DNA of 64,000 bases from Bacteriovoracaceae bacterium. GTDB lineage: Bacteria; Bdellovibrionota; Bacteriovoracia; Bacteriovoracales; Bacteriovoracaceae. The notes below the pieces were generated by a model. It was not told the DNA's origin. It was given only the letters and a program-made list of their open reading frames with translations, and did not search any database. The number at the start of each line of letters is the position of its first letter. The stretch's first letter is position 1. Below, piece by piece: positions 9,502-19,677 of the stretch. The stretch lies in the NCBI GenBank assembly GCA_018649885.1, contig JABIHA010000108.1, positions 1 to 64,000 on the forward strand, given 5' to 3'. A program made the translations under genes and the position numbers.

Positions 9502-9798
9502 ATGAAACTTTTAGCGATCTTTTTATTATTATTTTCCTTTAATAGCTTTGCCTGCAAAATGACTGCAATGGGTGGCTCTTATGTCAAAACCAAGGCCATA
9601 GCAGAAGCACTACTTAAGCTTCCAAAATATAAATTTCACACAATTGAATTAATCGATTACGCCTGGGCAAAAAACTCTGTCTACGTTTCCAAAGGAAGTG
9701 GCAGAACTTACGATTGCACTCGTCTCGACTTTTCTTTTACTGTAAAAGCAAATTGCGACTCATCAGTAAAACTTGAAGCTGAAAAAGACTGCAAGTAG
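9502..9798 (+). CDS. Small secreted hypothetical protein (4 Cys)
   Basis: ATG at 9502 after GGGAG. Signal peptide MKLLAIFLLLFSFNSFA. Confidence 0.75.
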   Translation: MKLLAIFLLLFSFNSFACKMTAMGGSYVKTKAIAEALLKLPKYKFHTIELIDYAWAKNSVYVSKGSGRTYDCTRLDFSFTVKANCDSSVKLEAEKDCK

Positions 9799-9958
9799 GC
9801 ACAGTCTCAAGATGACCCGAGTTTCTTACTTCATTTAGAATGATGAATGTGGTGATGTGAAATAATTCACCAAAAAATTTTATGGCCTCTACTTTCAGAG
9901 AAATCAACTTCGCAGCGGTTTTGCATCTCAGCACCGGTAAAATACTCATAGGTTTTAT

Positions 9959-10516
9959 ATGATTAAAAAATGGAAAGTATTAGAAAGAGAAGATATTTCT
10001 CCTAGCAAATGGTTTCCACTTGAAAAACAAAAAGTGCAACTTCCTAGCGGAACTTTATTAGATGATTACTACATAGGGCGCTTGGGAAATGTAGCGATGA
10101 TTATTCCTGTCACTAGTGAGGGGGAGATTGTTTTTGTTAAACAGTATAAAAATGGAGTTGGAGAGATCGCACTAGAGCTGCCCGCTGGGTATATTGAAAA
10201 AGATCAAACCCCTCTTGAAGCAGCTCAGGCAGAACTTGCCCAGGAAACAGGCATAGAGAGTCCAGGAATTGAGTATATTGGTGAATTGTGGACCAGCCCA
10301 ACTAAGATAGACACAAAAGTTTTTGGTTTTATAGTTAAAGATGCTGTGATTACTTGCGGGCAAAACCTTGATGTCACTGAAGAAATTGAGATCAAACGAA
10401 TTTCAATTAAAAAAGAATTAGACCAGTATATTTTAAGTGGTGAAATAAACTGCTCAGATACATTAGCACTTCTTCATCTTGCTAAAATTAAATATCCCCA
10501 AATATTTTCTAGGTAA
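9959..10516 (+). CDS. NUDIX hydrolase (ADP-ribose pyrophosphatase-like)
   Basis: LELPAGYIE...AAQAELAQETG Nudix box, slightly degenerate relative to RELxEETG. Confidence 0.9.
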   Translation: MIKKWKVLEREDISPSKWFPLEKQKVQLPSGTLLDDYYIGRLGNVAMIIPVTSEGEIVFVKQYKNGVGEIALELPAGYIEKDQTPLEAAQAELAQETGIESPGIEYIGELWTSPTKIDTKVFGFIVKDAVITCGQNLDVTEEIEIKRISIKKELDQYILSGEINCSDTLALLHLAKIKYPQIFSR

Positions 10517-10608
10517 AATTCATCTCCAGCACATTTGTCAATCATTGCATTTTTTTGAAGAACCCAGGATAATATAACTGTAAAACAAATATACTCAGGG
10601 ATGGCATT

Positions 10609-11115
10609 TTGGAAGCAAATGAGATTAGTGAAAAATACTTTTCATTTTTAAGTGATTTTAAAACTCTTTCTATGGCAACACTTTCAGAAGTAGGAAAGCC
10701 TCATCTTAGCTATTGTCCTTTCGTGTTTGCCCCCGAGTCTTCTGAAGTTTTTATTCTTATTAGTGAAATAGCAGAGCACACTAAAAATATTCTCTTTCAT
10801 CCTAAATTAACTTTGATGCTAATTGAAGATGAGTCTAAATCTCAGAAAATGTTTGCACGGAAAAGATTAACATTATTCTGTAGTGCTACTCAGGTTGAAA
10901 GAGATGATGGCCGCTATGAAAAAGTCATTGGGAATCTTAAAGATCGTCACGGTGAAATTATAAGCACTCTATCATCTATGAGCGACTTCAGACTTTTTTG
11001 TCTTTGTCCCCTGAATGCCAGAATGGTCCTTGGCTTTGGTGAGGCCTATCACTCTTCAACAGGAAGGCCTGATGACTTGGCCCCCTTGAGAAGGGGGCAC
11101 GGGAAAAAAAACTGA
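10609..11115 (+). CDS. Pyridoxamine 5'-phosphate oxidase-like split barrel (HugZ/HutZ heme-utilisation family)
   Basis: PHLSYCPF, ILISEIAEHTKNI, MLIEDE..FARKRLT and VLGFGEAY match the HutZ/HugZ pattern. Confidence 0.85.
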   Translation: MEANEISEKYFSFLSDFKTLSMATLSEVGKPHLSYCPFVFAPESSEVFILISEIAEHTKNILFHPKLTLMLIEDESKSQKMFARKRLTLFCSATQVERDDGRYEKVIGNLKDRHGEIISTLSSMSDFRLFCLCPLNARMVLGFGEAYHSSTGRPDDLAPLRRGHGKKN

Positions 11116-11230
11116 GGCCTTGCAAATATTTTAATTTAATAAATAGTAATAGTTTGAAATCATCCAAAATTTCCTGCACATAATTAAAGTTACTAAGTAA
11201 CCAGTAAAAACCCGGCAAAGTAAAATCGCA

Positions 11231-11860
11231 TCATAGGGAGTTTAGGAAAATTTTGACGGCCTCTGTTCCGAAACTATTGACTAGAGTTTTCAGTGCACCA
11301 AGCCCTGTAAGGTTTCTTTCGTATGCCTCTGGAAGCTCACCTTGGAGATAGTAAAGACAGCGTTCACTTCCCAGTTCAAGGATTTTGACTGCTCCAAAGG
11401 CCCCCTTTAAATCGCCTTCTGTGATAACGAACCCCTGGCATGAATTAGCTCTAAGAGCTTCGAGGGTAACTGCAACGGGGGTATCTACAGAGACAAATCC
11501 GTAATTCATTTTTATTTCGGCACCTAGCTGACTTAGACTGGGATCAAAACTCAAATTTTTAATGGGAGATAGGCCTAGAAAACTAAAATCTTCATAAATC
11601 TCAAAGTCTCCCAGTATTTGAACACTATCATCACAACTCATATTGTGAATAAGTGTCATTTCAGCAAGAATGCTAGCTCCTTCGTCCCAAAGTTTAATCA
11701 CACTATGATTCTGCTTTTCTAGTAAGTTTTTTGCATACTTTTTCTCTACTCTTTTAATTACCCCTAGTGGATTAAGTCCACTCATCTGTTCACAACTCTC
11801 AAGTGCAAAAGCACTCTGAACTGAGAGAAATAGAGTTAATATCAAGAGTTGTTTGAGCAT
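11231..11860 (-). CDS. Secreted hypothetical protein
   Basis: Signal peptide MLKQLLILTLFLSVQSAFA. No family recognised. Confidence 0.75.
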   Translation of the reverse strand: MLKQLLILTLFLSVQSAFALESCEQMSGLNPLGVIKRVEKKYAKNLLEKQNHSVIKLWDEGASILAEMTLIHNMSCDDSVQILGDFEIYEDFSFLGLSPIKNLSFDPSLSQLGAEIKMNYGFVSVDTPVAVTLEALRANSCQGFVITEGDLKGAFGAVKILELGSERCLYYLQGELPEAYERNLTGLGALKTLVNSFGTEAVKIFLNSL

Positions 11861-12102
11861 AAATACCTAATTTTTATATGTTCGTCCCCCTGATTTTAAC
11901 ATCGAACCATTAATGATGGCCTGGGTTTGTAAAATTTCATGATAGTGGATTAAAATTGGTCACTGATCAAGCACTAAGCTTAGATACCCTATAGAAACTA
12001 TGAGAATAAATTATAGGTTTTGTTGTTTCCAATTTTTATCCCTTAAACCTAAAGAACTTTAAAGATATTGATACACTTCATAATATTACTGTCGGAGGTA
12101 CT

Positions 12103-12372
12103 ATGAAACTCATTATTGCTATTGCTCTGTTATCCCTTAGTTCAATTTCATATGCAGGATCAACTTGTAAACTAAGAGTTCTTGAACACAATTATTTATA
12201 TGCTCAATCTCAAGGCTACAAAAAGATTACTGATATTGGCCCTGGAGAATGTATTAATTTGGCCCACAAAAAGGCCTTGGAAGCTAAAGCTTTGAGAGCA
12301 AAGTATATTTACAAGTCTGATGCTCTTGTTTTGAAGGGAAGTATTCGTACTAGGATCGCAAAAAAAAATTAA
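12103..12372 (+). CDS. Small basic secreted hypothetical protein
   Basis: GGAGG SD, signal peptide ending SYA, two Cys. Confidence 0.78.
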   Translation: MKLIIAIALLSLSSISYAGSTCKLRVLEHNYLYAQSQGYKKITDIGPGECINLAHKKALEAKALRAKYIYKSDALVLKGSIRTRIAKKN

Positions 12373-12387
12373 AAGAAGTTAAAAAGA

Positions 12388-12415
12388 AGTAGCAGCAAAG
12401 AAATTTGCTGCTACT
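12388..12415. terminator. Bidirectional terminator hairpin between convergent genes
   Basis: AGTAGCAGCAAA-gaaa-TTTGCTGCTACT perfect 12-bp stem. Confidence 0.8.
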
Positions 12416-12430
12416 GTTATGCATTTTTTT

Positions 12431-12910
12431 CTAAAACGGTATGTCGTCAGCTGTAAAATTAGCATCAGTGGCGATATTGTAATCACCTTCCATTGCACCT
12501 GCAGCCGGAGCTGTTTGGTCAAATCCACCATTTGATTGGGTGTTTTGTTGAGTGTGCTGAGTTGCCCCTGCACCTTGAGATGCACCACCAATAAATTGAA
12601 CAGTGTTAGCAACGATCTCAGTTGTGTACTTTTTCTGACCGTTGTTGTCTTCCCAAGAACGAGTTTGAAGTCTTCCTTCAAGGTAAGCTTGTCTTCCCTT
12701 AGAAAGATACTTAGCACAATGCTCAGCTTGCTTTCCCCAAACAACAACTCTGTGCCATTCAGTTCTTTCATTTTTTTGACCACTGTTTTTGTCGGTCCAG
12801 TTCTCGCTTGTTGCAAGTGAAAAGTTGCAAACAGCAGAACCAGTTGGTGTGTAACGAAGTTCAGGATCTTGTCCCAAACGACCTAGAATGATAACCTTGT
12901 TTACGCTCAT
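12431..12910 (-). CDS. ssb: Single-stranded DNA-binding protein
   Basis: [26 protein letters not shown] and acidic C-terminal DDIPF. Confidence 0.98.
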   Translation of the reverse strand: MSVNKVIILGRLGQDPELRYTPTGSAVCNFSLATSENWTDKNSGQKNERTEWHRVVVWGKQAEHCAKYLSKGRQAYLEGRLQTRSWEDNNGQKKYTTEIVANTVQFIGGASQGAGATQHTQQNTQSNGGFDQTAPAAGAMEGDYNIATDANFTADDIPF

Positions 12911-13283
12911 AAAGCCTCCGTCGTGGACACAGAAGAGTCACGTTTTTGTATTATTACGAACCTCTGCATCAATATTGGTTATTTATGCACAGATGCTAAT
13001 TCAAACGTCTGTGCCTTTCAAGCCACACCGAGTGAGAAAACATCTATTTTAGGGCATTGCAAAACCGCTCCTCATTTTAAGATTTATAAGACTTTGGAAT
13101 TAATAAGCTGAAAAAGTGCGAGTCAAAAATTCTGCACATGGGTAGTGGCGGTGCTCCATAAGATAATAACTCCCCTGTTAGAAAAATTACACCCCATATA
13201 GTTTTTTCACTTAACTACCTCATGCCAGGACACAAGGTCTAAACTGTATGTCACAAAGAATAGAAATAGCCTTGGGGGGCCAT

Positions 13284-13604
13284 GTGAGTAAAAATCTACT
13301 TATTTCCATAATTTTCTTATTTCCAGTACTCACAAGTGTCCATGCAGAAGAATACCTTGATAGTCCCAGTGAAAGACGACAGCTATGTATTGAAGATGCT
13401 GAGCAGATAACTGGGGTCGAATGTAGAGTAACAAGAAATAGCTGTTACAGTGTTAGCATAATCAAATGTCTAGGAACTCCATCGCCTGGCCATGAAACAC
13501 CTTTAGATTTTTTTGTTTGCATTGATGGGCAGCTAGATGGCCCTACAATAAATAGCAACAAACGAATTCCAACCTATGCACGAGCTGATGCCATGTGCAA
13601 ATAA
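13284..13604 (+). CDS. Secreted Cys-rich hypothetical protein
   Basis: Probable GTG start after GGGGG, signal peptide ending VHA, six Cys (track ORF starts at 13248). Confidence 0.65.
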   Translation: MSKNLLISIIFLFPVLTSVHAEEYLDSPSERRQLCIEDAEQITGVECRVTRNSCYSVSIIKCLGTPSPGHETPLDFFVCIDGQLDGPTINSNKRIPTYARADAMCK

Positions 13605-13612
13605 GATATCCA

Positions 13613-15349
13613 CTACCCTAGTGTATGTCTTTTTACGGCCCGGCCAATAAAACGAACTTTCTCACCCAGTGGAAAGCGGGAAAGATTGCTTTTCACAGCA
13701 CCTTTGGTAAACCGCGTTTTTTGAGAGTAATCGATTCTCACATCCACAATAACTGGTCTTCCCTTCTCTGATTCTTTGAAGGCCTTGGAAATGATGGATT
13801 CAATTTCGCCATCATTTTTCATCTCAAAGTATGCAGCACCTGAGGCAATGGCAAAGCCTTCAATTTTTATGTCGCCTAAAACAGTACATGTTTTTCTGTT
13901 GAGAGGAATTTGCTGAAAGGCAGATATTTGACCTAGCTCTCCGTCGTGAAAAACAAAATAGACAATTCCCAGGTTCTGGGAAGTTGCCGTTATGGTTTCC
14001 ATTCCAGTCATTAAAAATGCGCCGTCGCCAACAATGCCAATGACTTGTTTGTCGGGGTTAGCAAGCTTGCAACCGATGGCCGCAGGAACACAGTATCCCA
14101 TGGCATTGTAATCAGTTGGGGAAATAAAATGTTTTGGGTGATGAATGGGAAGTAGCTCTGCTGTTAAAAATGTATGATGGCCATCGTCGACAACAGTGTA
14201 GGCATCATCGTCCATTTGATTTCTCAAGTGGGTGAAAAAATGCCCTGGACTAACCCGGGAATCATTGGTTTTACCAGTCCACTCGGCGAGATAGCTTTTC
14301 TTATCACTTTTAATTTTTTCACAGAAGGCCTCTTTGTTTCTTATGGAGGAAACATCCTTTCCTCTGAGAACTTCTAAGAGTTGCCCTAGTACTTCTTTAG
14401 CATCACCTACAAGACCAACCTTTGCTGGATAGTTTTTGCCAATGACCTCTGAATCGATATCAATATGAATTAAGTTTTCGCACACATTCATGCCGTATGA
14501 GCCTGTAGCAAGCTCAGCAAAACGAAGACCTACCGCCAATAGACAATCACAGTCTGAAAAAGCATTTTCAGCGGCGGGAACAGACGATGGCCCAAAACCA
14601 AAACCGGTGTGAAGTGGATGATTAGAAGGAAAAACGCTGAGGCCTTGCATAGTTGTAGCAACTGGAGCCCTCAGAAGCTCAGCAATTTCAATCGTCAGTT
14701 CGCTACATTCTTTCGAGCCCCATCCTAAATAAAGACAGGGGTTTTTTGCAGCAATTAATAAATCACAGGCCTTGTTAATATCATCTTGCGATGGAAAAGG
14801 ATGTGTCACTTTCTCCTGGTATTCAGGGAGCTCTCCCACTTCCCCTTGAAAGAGCTGTAACTCGCCAGGAATTTCTACAAATACAGGACCAGGAGTCCCC
14901 GATATGGCCTCATGGTAGGCCTGGTAAATTGTGGGGATAATTTTATCGTGCTCGGTTACAAGGTAATAATTTTTAACAAAGCCTTTTGTCAGCTCACTTT
15001 GTTCAATTTGATGGAGTTGATAGTGTTTACCAGAATCTCTTCTAATGCCGCCTGAAATGACAAGCATTGGAACCCCATCTAAAAAAGCTTCGGCTATACC
15101 ACTGGATGCATGAGTGGTTCCAGCTGCTGGAACAATCATCAAGGTACCTATTGAATCGGAGGTTCTACTCACTCCATCAGCGGCAAAAGAGGCGCCCAAC
15201 TCGTGAGTAACGAGAATGGGGTGGATTTGCTCAGACTTATTGAGCTCATCATAAATTTCTGTATTGTGTACCCCCGGAATTCCAAAAGTAAACTTCACTC
15301 CCACTTGCTCAAGAGCGTACTTAACTAAATATCCACCAGTTTTTTTCAT
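13613..15349 (-). CDS. Thiamine-diphosphate-dependent enzyme (acetolactate synthase/IlvB superfamily)
   Basis: FGIPGVHN, HELGASFAADG and GDGAFLM ThDP-binding motif. Confidence 0.92.
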   Translation of the reverse strand: MKKTGGYLVKYALEQVGVKFTFGIPGVHNTEIYDELNKSEQIHPILVTHELGASFAADGVSRTSDSIGTLMIVPAAGTTHASSGIAEAFLDGVPMLVISGGIRRDSGKHYQLHQIEQSELTKGFVKNYYLVTEHDKIIPTIYQAYHEAISGTPGPVFVEIPGELQLFQGEVGELPEYQEKVTHPFPSQDDINKACDLLIAAKNPCLYLGWGSKECSELTIEIAELLRAPVATTMQGLSVFPSNHPLHTGFGFGPSSVPAAENAFSDCDCLLAVGLRFAELATGSYGMNVCENLIHIDIDSEVIGKNYPAKVGLVGDAKEVLGQLLEVLRGKDVSSIRNKEAFCEKIKSDKKSYLAEWTGKTNDSRVSPGHFFTHLRNQMDDDAYTVVDDGHHTFLTAELLPIHHPKHFISPTDYNAMGYCVPAAIGCKLANPDKQVIGIVGDGAFLMTGMETITATSQNLGIVYFVFHDGELGQISAFQQIPLNRKTCTVLGDIKIEGFAIASGAAYFEMKNDGEIESIISKAFKESEKGRPVIVDVRIDYSQKTRFTKGAVKSNLSRFPLGEKVRFIGRAVKRHTLG

Positions 15350-16965
15350 TGTTTTTTTCCCGTTATAGATTCAGCTGCGACTTGAGCTGAGTAAATACAT
15401 CCACCTAAAAAAGTTCCTTCTAATGCTCGAAGACCGTGCATACCACCACCTCCAAAACCTGCTGCTTCTCCAACAGCGTAGAGACCCTTAATCGGACTTC
15501 CACTTTGATCCAATACTCTTGATCTCAAATCAGTTTGTATCCCACCTAGCGTTTTTCTTGAAAGAATAAATTCTCTAATGGCAATCAAGGGGTAGGCATC
15601 AGGGTCATTGATTTTTTGAAATTTACAGGTTCTGACTTTATCACCTCTGTATTGTCTTACATGGGCAATTCTTCGAAGCTGTTCGTCGTTGTGAAGCTTC
15701 TTACCTCTACCAATACTATTGTCGTAACTTTGAATATCATGCTTAAATTTTTCAACATTTATTTTATTACCAAAATTTATCTCTTCCATTTTTTTAATTA
15801 GCTCATCAATGGAATTTGCCACAACAAAATCTTCGCAATTTGTGGTCAAGTCATTCACTAGGTCTTTATTGCCAAGGAGAATACTCTTTAAAAATCCAAC
15901 TATATTTTTGTCTCTAATAGCGGGATTAAACTCAGCTCCCGAAACTGCCATTTCTTTTATGGCGATTTTTTGATTGAGAACTTGCCAAGAATATTTTTGC
16001 TCTTGCAGTGAAATTGATTCCACAAGAAATCTGGTATCAAAACTTGTAATTAATGGAGTGGGTCCAATCCTCTCACCTTTGTAGTTAAACCAAAGTGCTG
16101 ACTTGGGGGGAACTAAACTCAGGCCATCATTTTCTTTAGTAGGTCTTGGGTGGTGTACACCAGCAGCGTAGTGCCAGTACTTATCCATATGAGTGACCAT
16201 GCCACCCTTTGCTTTAACAACGTCGTGTAGCTTTCCATCAGCGTAGCGATGAGAGCCATTTAAAATTACCTTGGGAGGCTCACCCCATGGTCCATACCAA
16301 TTTTCTTTAACCTTTTTGATACTCCCGCAAACACCACCAGTTGCAATTATGGTTGACTCTCCGATGACCTCAAAATCTTGTTCAGATTCTTCGTCCACTC
16401 CACGAAACCCCGCAACCGTTTGATTTTCAACTATCAAGTCATCGACTCTATGTCTGAAAAGTACTTCAAGATTTTTAGCATTTTTGTGGCCCATTAATCT
16501 CTCTACAGATGAATCAATAAGAGCTTTTCCTGTTCCCCATACCATGTGAAAACGCGGAACTGAATTTCCAGGCTGGTGAAGTCCCCTTTCAACCCAGTGG
16601 ACAACGGGAAAAAAACTTACCCCGTGATTACCACTCCAGTGATAAACATACTCAAGACAATTTTCTACATAGGCTTTGGCCCACGCCTTGGGAAGATCAT
16701 CTCCAGGTCCAAACTCAGCAAAGCTATTCCAATCACTAATTGCGAGATCAACACTGTCATTAATGCCCATTTTTTTCTGATTAGGGGTATCCACCATAAA
16801 GACACCGCCAAATGATTCCTTGGCAAGGCCTCCAAAGCGATCCTTAATATCTCGGTCCACTAGAAGTACTTTTTTTCCAGCATCCAAAAGCTCTATGGCC
16901 GCCACAATTCCAGCAAGGCCTCCGCCGGCAATTACAATATCAGCACTGTACTTCTTAGTAGTCAT
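15346..16965 (-). CDS. FAD-binding dehydrogenase (fumarate reductase/KsdD-like flavoprotein family)
   Basis: GGGLAG dinucleotide motif, GNSVPRFH, RKTLGGIQTD, GLYAVGEAAGFGGGG and LEGTFLGGC. Confidence 0.9.
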   Translation of the reverse strand: MTTKKYSADIVIAGGGLAGIVAAIELLDAGKKVLLVDRDIKDRFGGLAKESFGGVFMVDTPNQKKMGINDSVDLAISDWNSFAEFGPGDDLPKAWAKAYVENCLEYVYHWSGNHGVSFFPVVHWVERGLHQPGNSVPRFHMVWGTGKALIDSSVERLMGHKNAKNLEVLFRHRVDDLIVENQTVAGFRGVDEESEQDFEVIGESTIIATGGVCGSIKKVKENWYGPWGEPPKVILNGSHRYADGKLHDVVKAKGGMVTHMDKYWHYAAGVHHPRPTKENDGLSLVPPKSALWFNYKGERIGPTPLITSFDTRFLVESISLQEQKYSWQVLNQKIAIKEMAVSGAEFNPAIRDKNIVGFLKSILLGNKDLVNDLTTNCEDFVVANSIDELIKKMEEINFGNKINVEKFKHDIQSYDNSIGRGKKLHNDEQLRRIAHVRQYRGDKVRTCKFQKINDPDAYPLIAIREFILSRKTLGGIQTDLRSRVLDQSGSPIKGLYAVGEAAGFGGGGMHGLRALEGTFLGGCIYSAQVAAESITGKKQ

Positions 16966-17219
16966 TAATCCCCCATTTTTATTGTCACTGTATTTTAATG
17001 AAAAAGAGTGAAAAATAAAACGTTATTCGATTGCTCCCTAATGTAGCGTTCCTGGTCAAGTAATTAATATCAGGAATGCGGCGAAAATCAGTGAAAAAAT
17101 TTCATGTCAACTAAGTATACAGCTGAGAAAAATTATCAATTGCCCTGCCATCAAAGGCCAATAGCCAATAGAATAACTTGGTTAAAGAAACTAAAGTGTG
17201 TGAACCGGGGACTGGATTT

Positions 17220-18770
17220 ATGGACAACAAATTACTGATACTTTTGATAATTGCGGTCATCGTTAGTGGGTGCTCTAAAATTGATGAATTTGGTGAGCAA
17301 AGTAAAGCAATCGGTGAAACCGCAACTGAAACTAAAGGATATGCAAAGGAATCCGTAGAAAATACGGGAATGGTACTTGAAACAAGTGCTGCCATGTATG
17401 CTGATGTGAGAAAGTCCTCCGTAGAAGTCAGAAATAATGCCAAAGATGATCTCATTGATAAACAAGATCCTGTTCATTTAAAAATTAGAAGTGCTGCTAT
17501 CTACTTTAATGCCATGGAATTTCAGTACTACAAGCCTTTTTTAAATGAAGCAAAAATGGGTGATGATGAAGCCAGGTTTGATAAAATGAAAAAAGAGGCG
17601 ATGGACGATCTTTTTAGAATTGTCTCATCTCAATCTAAATATATTAAAATGGAAGATGAGTATGAATTTGATGTAAGCTCACCAAAAAATGAAGATCAAA
17701 ATATTTTTGCTCTAGCAGTTACACTTCATAAATTAAATAGTAATCAACAAACATATGCTGAAAAAACAGGCCAGCCAACAGTAACGGTACTTTCACTACT
17801 AAAAGAAGGACTAGAGCTGGACTATAAGAAAAGACTAGGCCTTATTGATAAGAGCCAGATCCCGGCTTATGCAGATACTGTATCTAATTATAGAAAATAT
17901 GCCATTTATCTACTAAGGGCGAGACACAATTTTCTAGCGGCCATGGCACTTGCAAGAATATCTTATGTAAAAGTTGGGAGTGGACTTCAACAACTATTCA
18001 CAAAACTTGGCATGCTTACTCGCGACTGGCCTGCAAGGACAGAAGCTCTTAGTGAAATTGAAATGTATGAGATTACTAAGTGGCTAGAAGAAGCCGAGAC
18101 TACAAAACAATTTCTTGAAAGTATCAATGTCCCAACTGAGCTTTGTACAAATCTTGGTAGGATTTATGATCACCTTTTAATAGTAGATATTAAAAGAGAA
18201 TATGAAATTTATGAGTTCACAAGAAATGAGTTTATCATTAAAAAAGACCAAGCTGAAGAAGAGCTGGCAGTAGTCAAAAAGCATGGACGTTGTACAAATA
18301 AAAATCTTCAAGCGTGGATTGAGCTTAGTAATGATTATCTAGGATCTCCTATCACAACCAAAAAAGAATGTAGAGGCCTTAGAAGTGAAGTTTTAGGACA
18401 GTTAAGGGCCGATGTTAAAAGCTATGATCGCACTATAAAGTCTAATCAAAAAGATTACGATGCGAAATATCATGATGCACTTGAGATGTCTAAGCAAGTA
18501 AGGGCCGATAGACACTTTAAAGAAGCTATCACCATTATGGGTGGCGGTGAAATTGAGGCCATTGAAAGTACTAGAGATGAGTATATTAGCAGGATGGGAA
18601 TGAACATCACCAGTGGACAGTCTATTCTTGATGATTCAACTGACTTATTTCGTAGTCTTGAAGAAAAGGATTTTGTAAAATACTTTCAAGATCCCATTAG
18701 AAGCTATGATATTTTTACTGAAAGACAAGATATCTTAAAACGATTCGAAGAAGCAGCTTATAATTTATAA
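17220..18770 (+). CDS. Large helical lipoprotein, unknown function
   Basis: Lipobox IVSG-C after MDNKLLILLIIAV. The track ORF starts at 17178. Confidence 0.8.
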   Translation: MDNKLLILLIIAVIVSGCSKIDEFGEQSKAIGETATETKGYAKESVENTGMVLETSAAMYADVRKSSVEVRNNAKDDLIDKQDPVHLKIRSAAIYFNAMEFQYYKPFLNEAKMGDDEARFDKMKKEAMDDLFRIVSSQSKYIKMEDEYEFDVSSPKNEDQNIFALAVTLHKLNSNQQTYAEKTGQPTVTVLSLLKEGLELDYKKRLGLIDKSQIPAYADTVSNYRKYAIYLLRARHNFLAAMALARISYVKVGSGLQQLFTKLGMLTRDWPARTEALSEIEMYEITKWLEEAETTKQFLESINVPTELCTNLGRIYDHLLIVDIKREYEIYEFTRNEFIIKKDQAEEELAVVKKHGRCTNKNLQAWIELSNDYLGSPITTKKECRGLRSEVLGQLRADVKSYDRTIKSNQKDYDAKYHDALEMSKQVRADRHFKEAITIMGGGEIEAIESTRDEYISRMGMNITSGQSILDDSTDLFRSLEEKDFVKYFQDPIRSYDIFTERQDILKRFEEAAYNL

Positions 18771-18775
18771 CCGTG

Positions 18776-18805
18776 TTTGCTGGTCATGTACTCATGGCCA
18801 GCAAA
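18776..18805 (+). terminator. Hairpin after lipoprotein gene (terminator or mRNA stabiliser)
   Basis: TTTGCTGGTCATG-tact-CATGGCCAGCAAA 13-bp stem with no U-tract. Confidence 0.5.
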
Positions 18806-18880
18806 ATTAGAATCTCCTGCCCCGTTCAACCTGCCTGCTACAAATGTTAAACTATCAAGGTAATCCGGTTGGAGACACCA

Positions 18881-19666
18881 ATGTCCAATTACCAGTTAAT
18901 TTTATTTCTACTAGTTATCCCATTTTTATCCTCTTGTTTTGATGAATCAGAGGTAGGTGGAGCAAGCTTTGGCACTGTTACAGGGACAATTATTGACGCC
19001 CAAACAGGTGCTGTGGTTGCCACGGCTGATGTCAGTATTGCTGGCTATGCCAAATACAATACCATTCAATCTGGGATTACAGGCAGCTATACAATGAGTG
19101 AAGCCCCTATCGGAAATTGGGTGGTCAACGCTACTAAGTCTGGATATACAGAGGGCTCCGCAAATGCCACTGTCAGGCTCTACACCACTACATCGAATGT
19201 GGATATTCCCATCTTAAAAAGTGAGTATGCTAAAAATAAAGTTGTGATCATCCTTACCTGGGGTTTGAACCCCACTGATCTAGACTCGCATCTCTATGTC
19301 CCTGCAGGTCCAACTGTTGAAATTAATTTTGGCAATTTAGGTAATATTGGTGCTTCGCCTTTTGCTGCTCTCGATTTGGATGATCTTGTCAGCTATGGAC
19401 CAGAAACTACGGCGATCGCTATGAGCTCAGGCGTAGGAAGCTTCTCTGGAACCTACCGCTTCTGGGTCAGAAATTTTAGTAACAATACAAGTCTAACAAC
19501 TTCAGGTGCCAGTGTTAGAGTTTATGTCAATGGTAGTATGGATTATCAATTTGATGTTCCCACAACTGGATCGGGAAGAAATTGGCATGTCTTTGATATG
19601 AATGGATCAAATCTGGCCTTCACCACAGTCAATACTCTTACAGATGCAGCCATAGCTGCTCCTTAA
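18881..19666 (+). CDS. Lipoprotein with carboxypeptidase-regulatory-like (prealbumin) domain and YfaP/DUF2135-like domain
   Basis: Lipobox FLSS-C. GTVTGTIIDAQTG...G.Y beta-sandwich. IILTWGLNPTDLDSHL...YGPET...GTYRFWVRNF is the YfaP-type signature. Confidence 0.8.
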   Translation: MSNYQLILFLLVIPFLSSCFDESEVGGASFGTVTGTIIDAQTGAVVATADVSIAGYAKYNTIQSGITGSYTMSEAPIGNWVVNATKSGYTEGSANATVRLYTTTSNVDIPILKSEYAKNKVVIILTWGLNPTDLDSHLYVPAGPTVEINFGNLGNIGASPFAALDLDDLVSYGPETTAIAMSSGVGSFSGTYRFWVRNFSNNTSLTTSGASVRVYVNGSMDYQFDVPTTGSGRNWHVFDMNGSNLAFTTVNTLTDAAIAAP

Positions 19667-19677
19667 GCAGATCACCA

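Noticed and set aside
12923..13111. 62-aa ORF and GCACAGATG/CGTCTGTGC hairpin upstream of ssb
   Set aside because: The ORF lacks an SD and coding character. A single hairpin in a promoter region is insufficient evidence for an RNA element.
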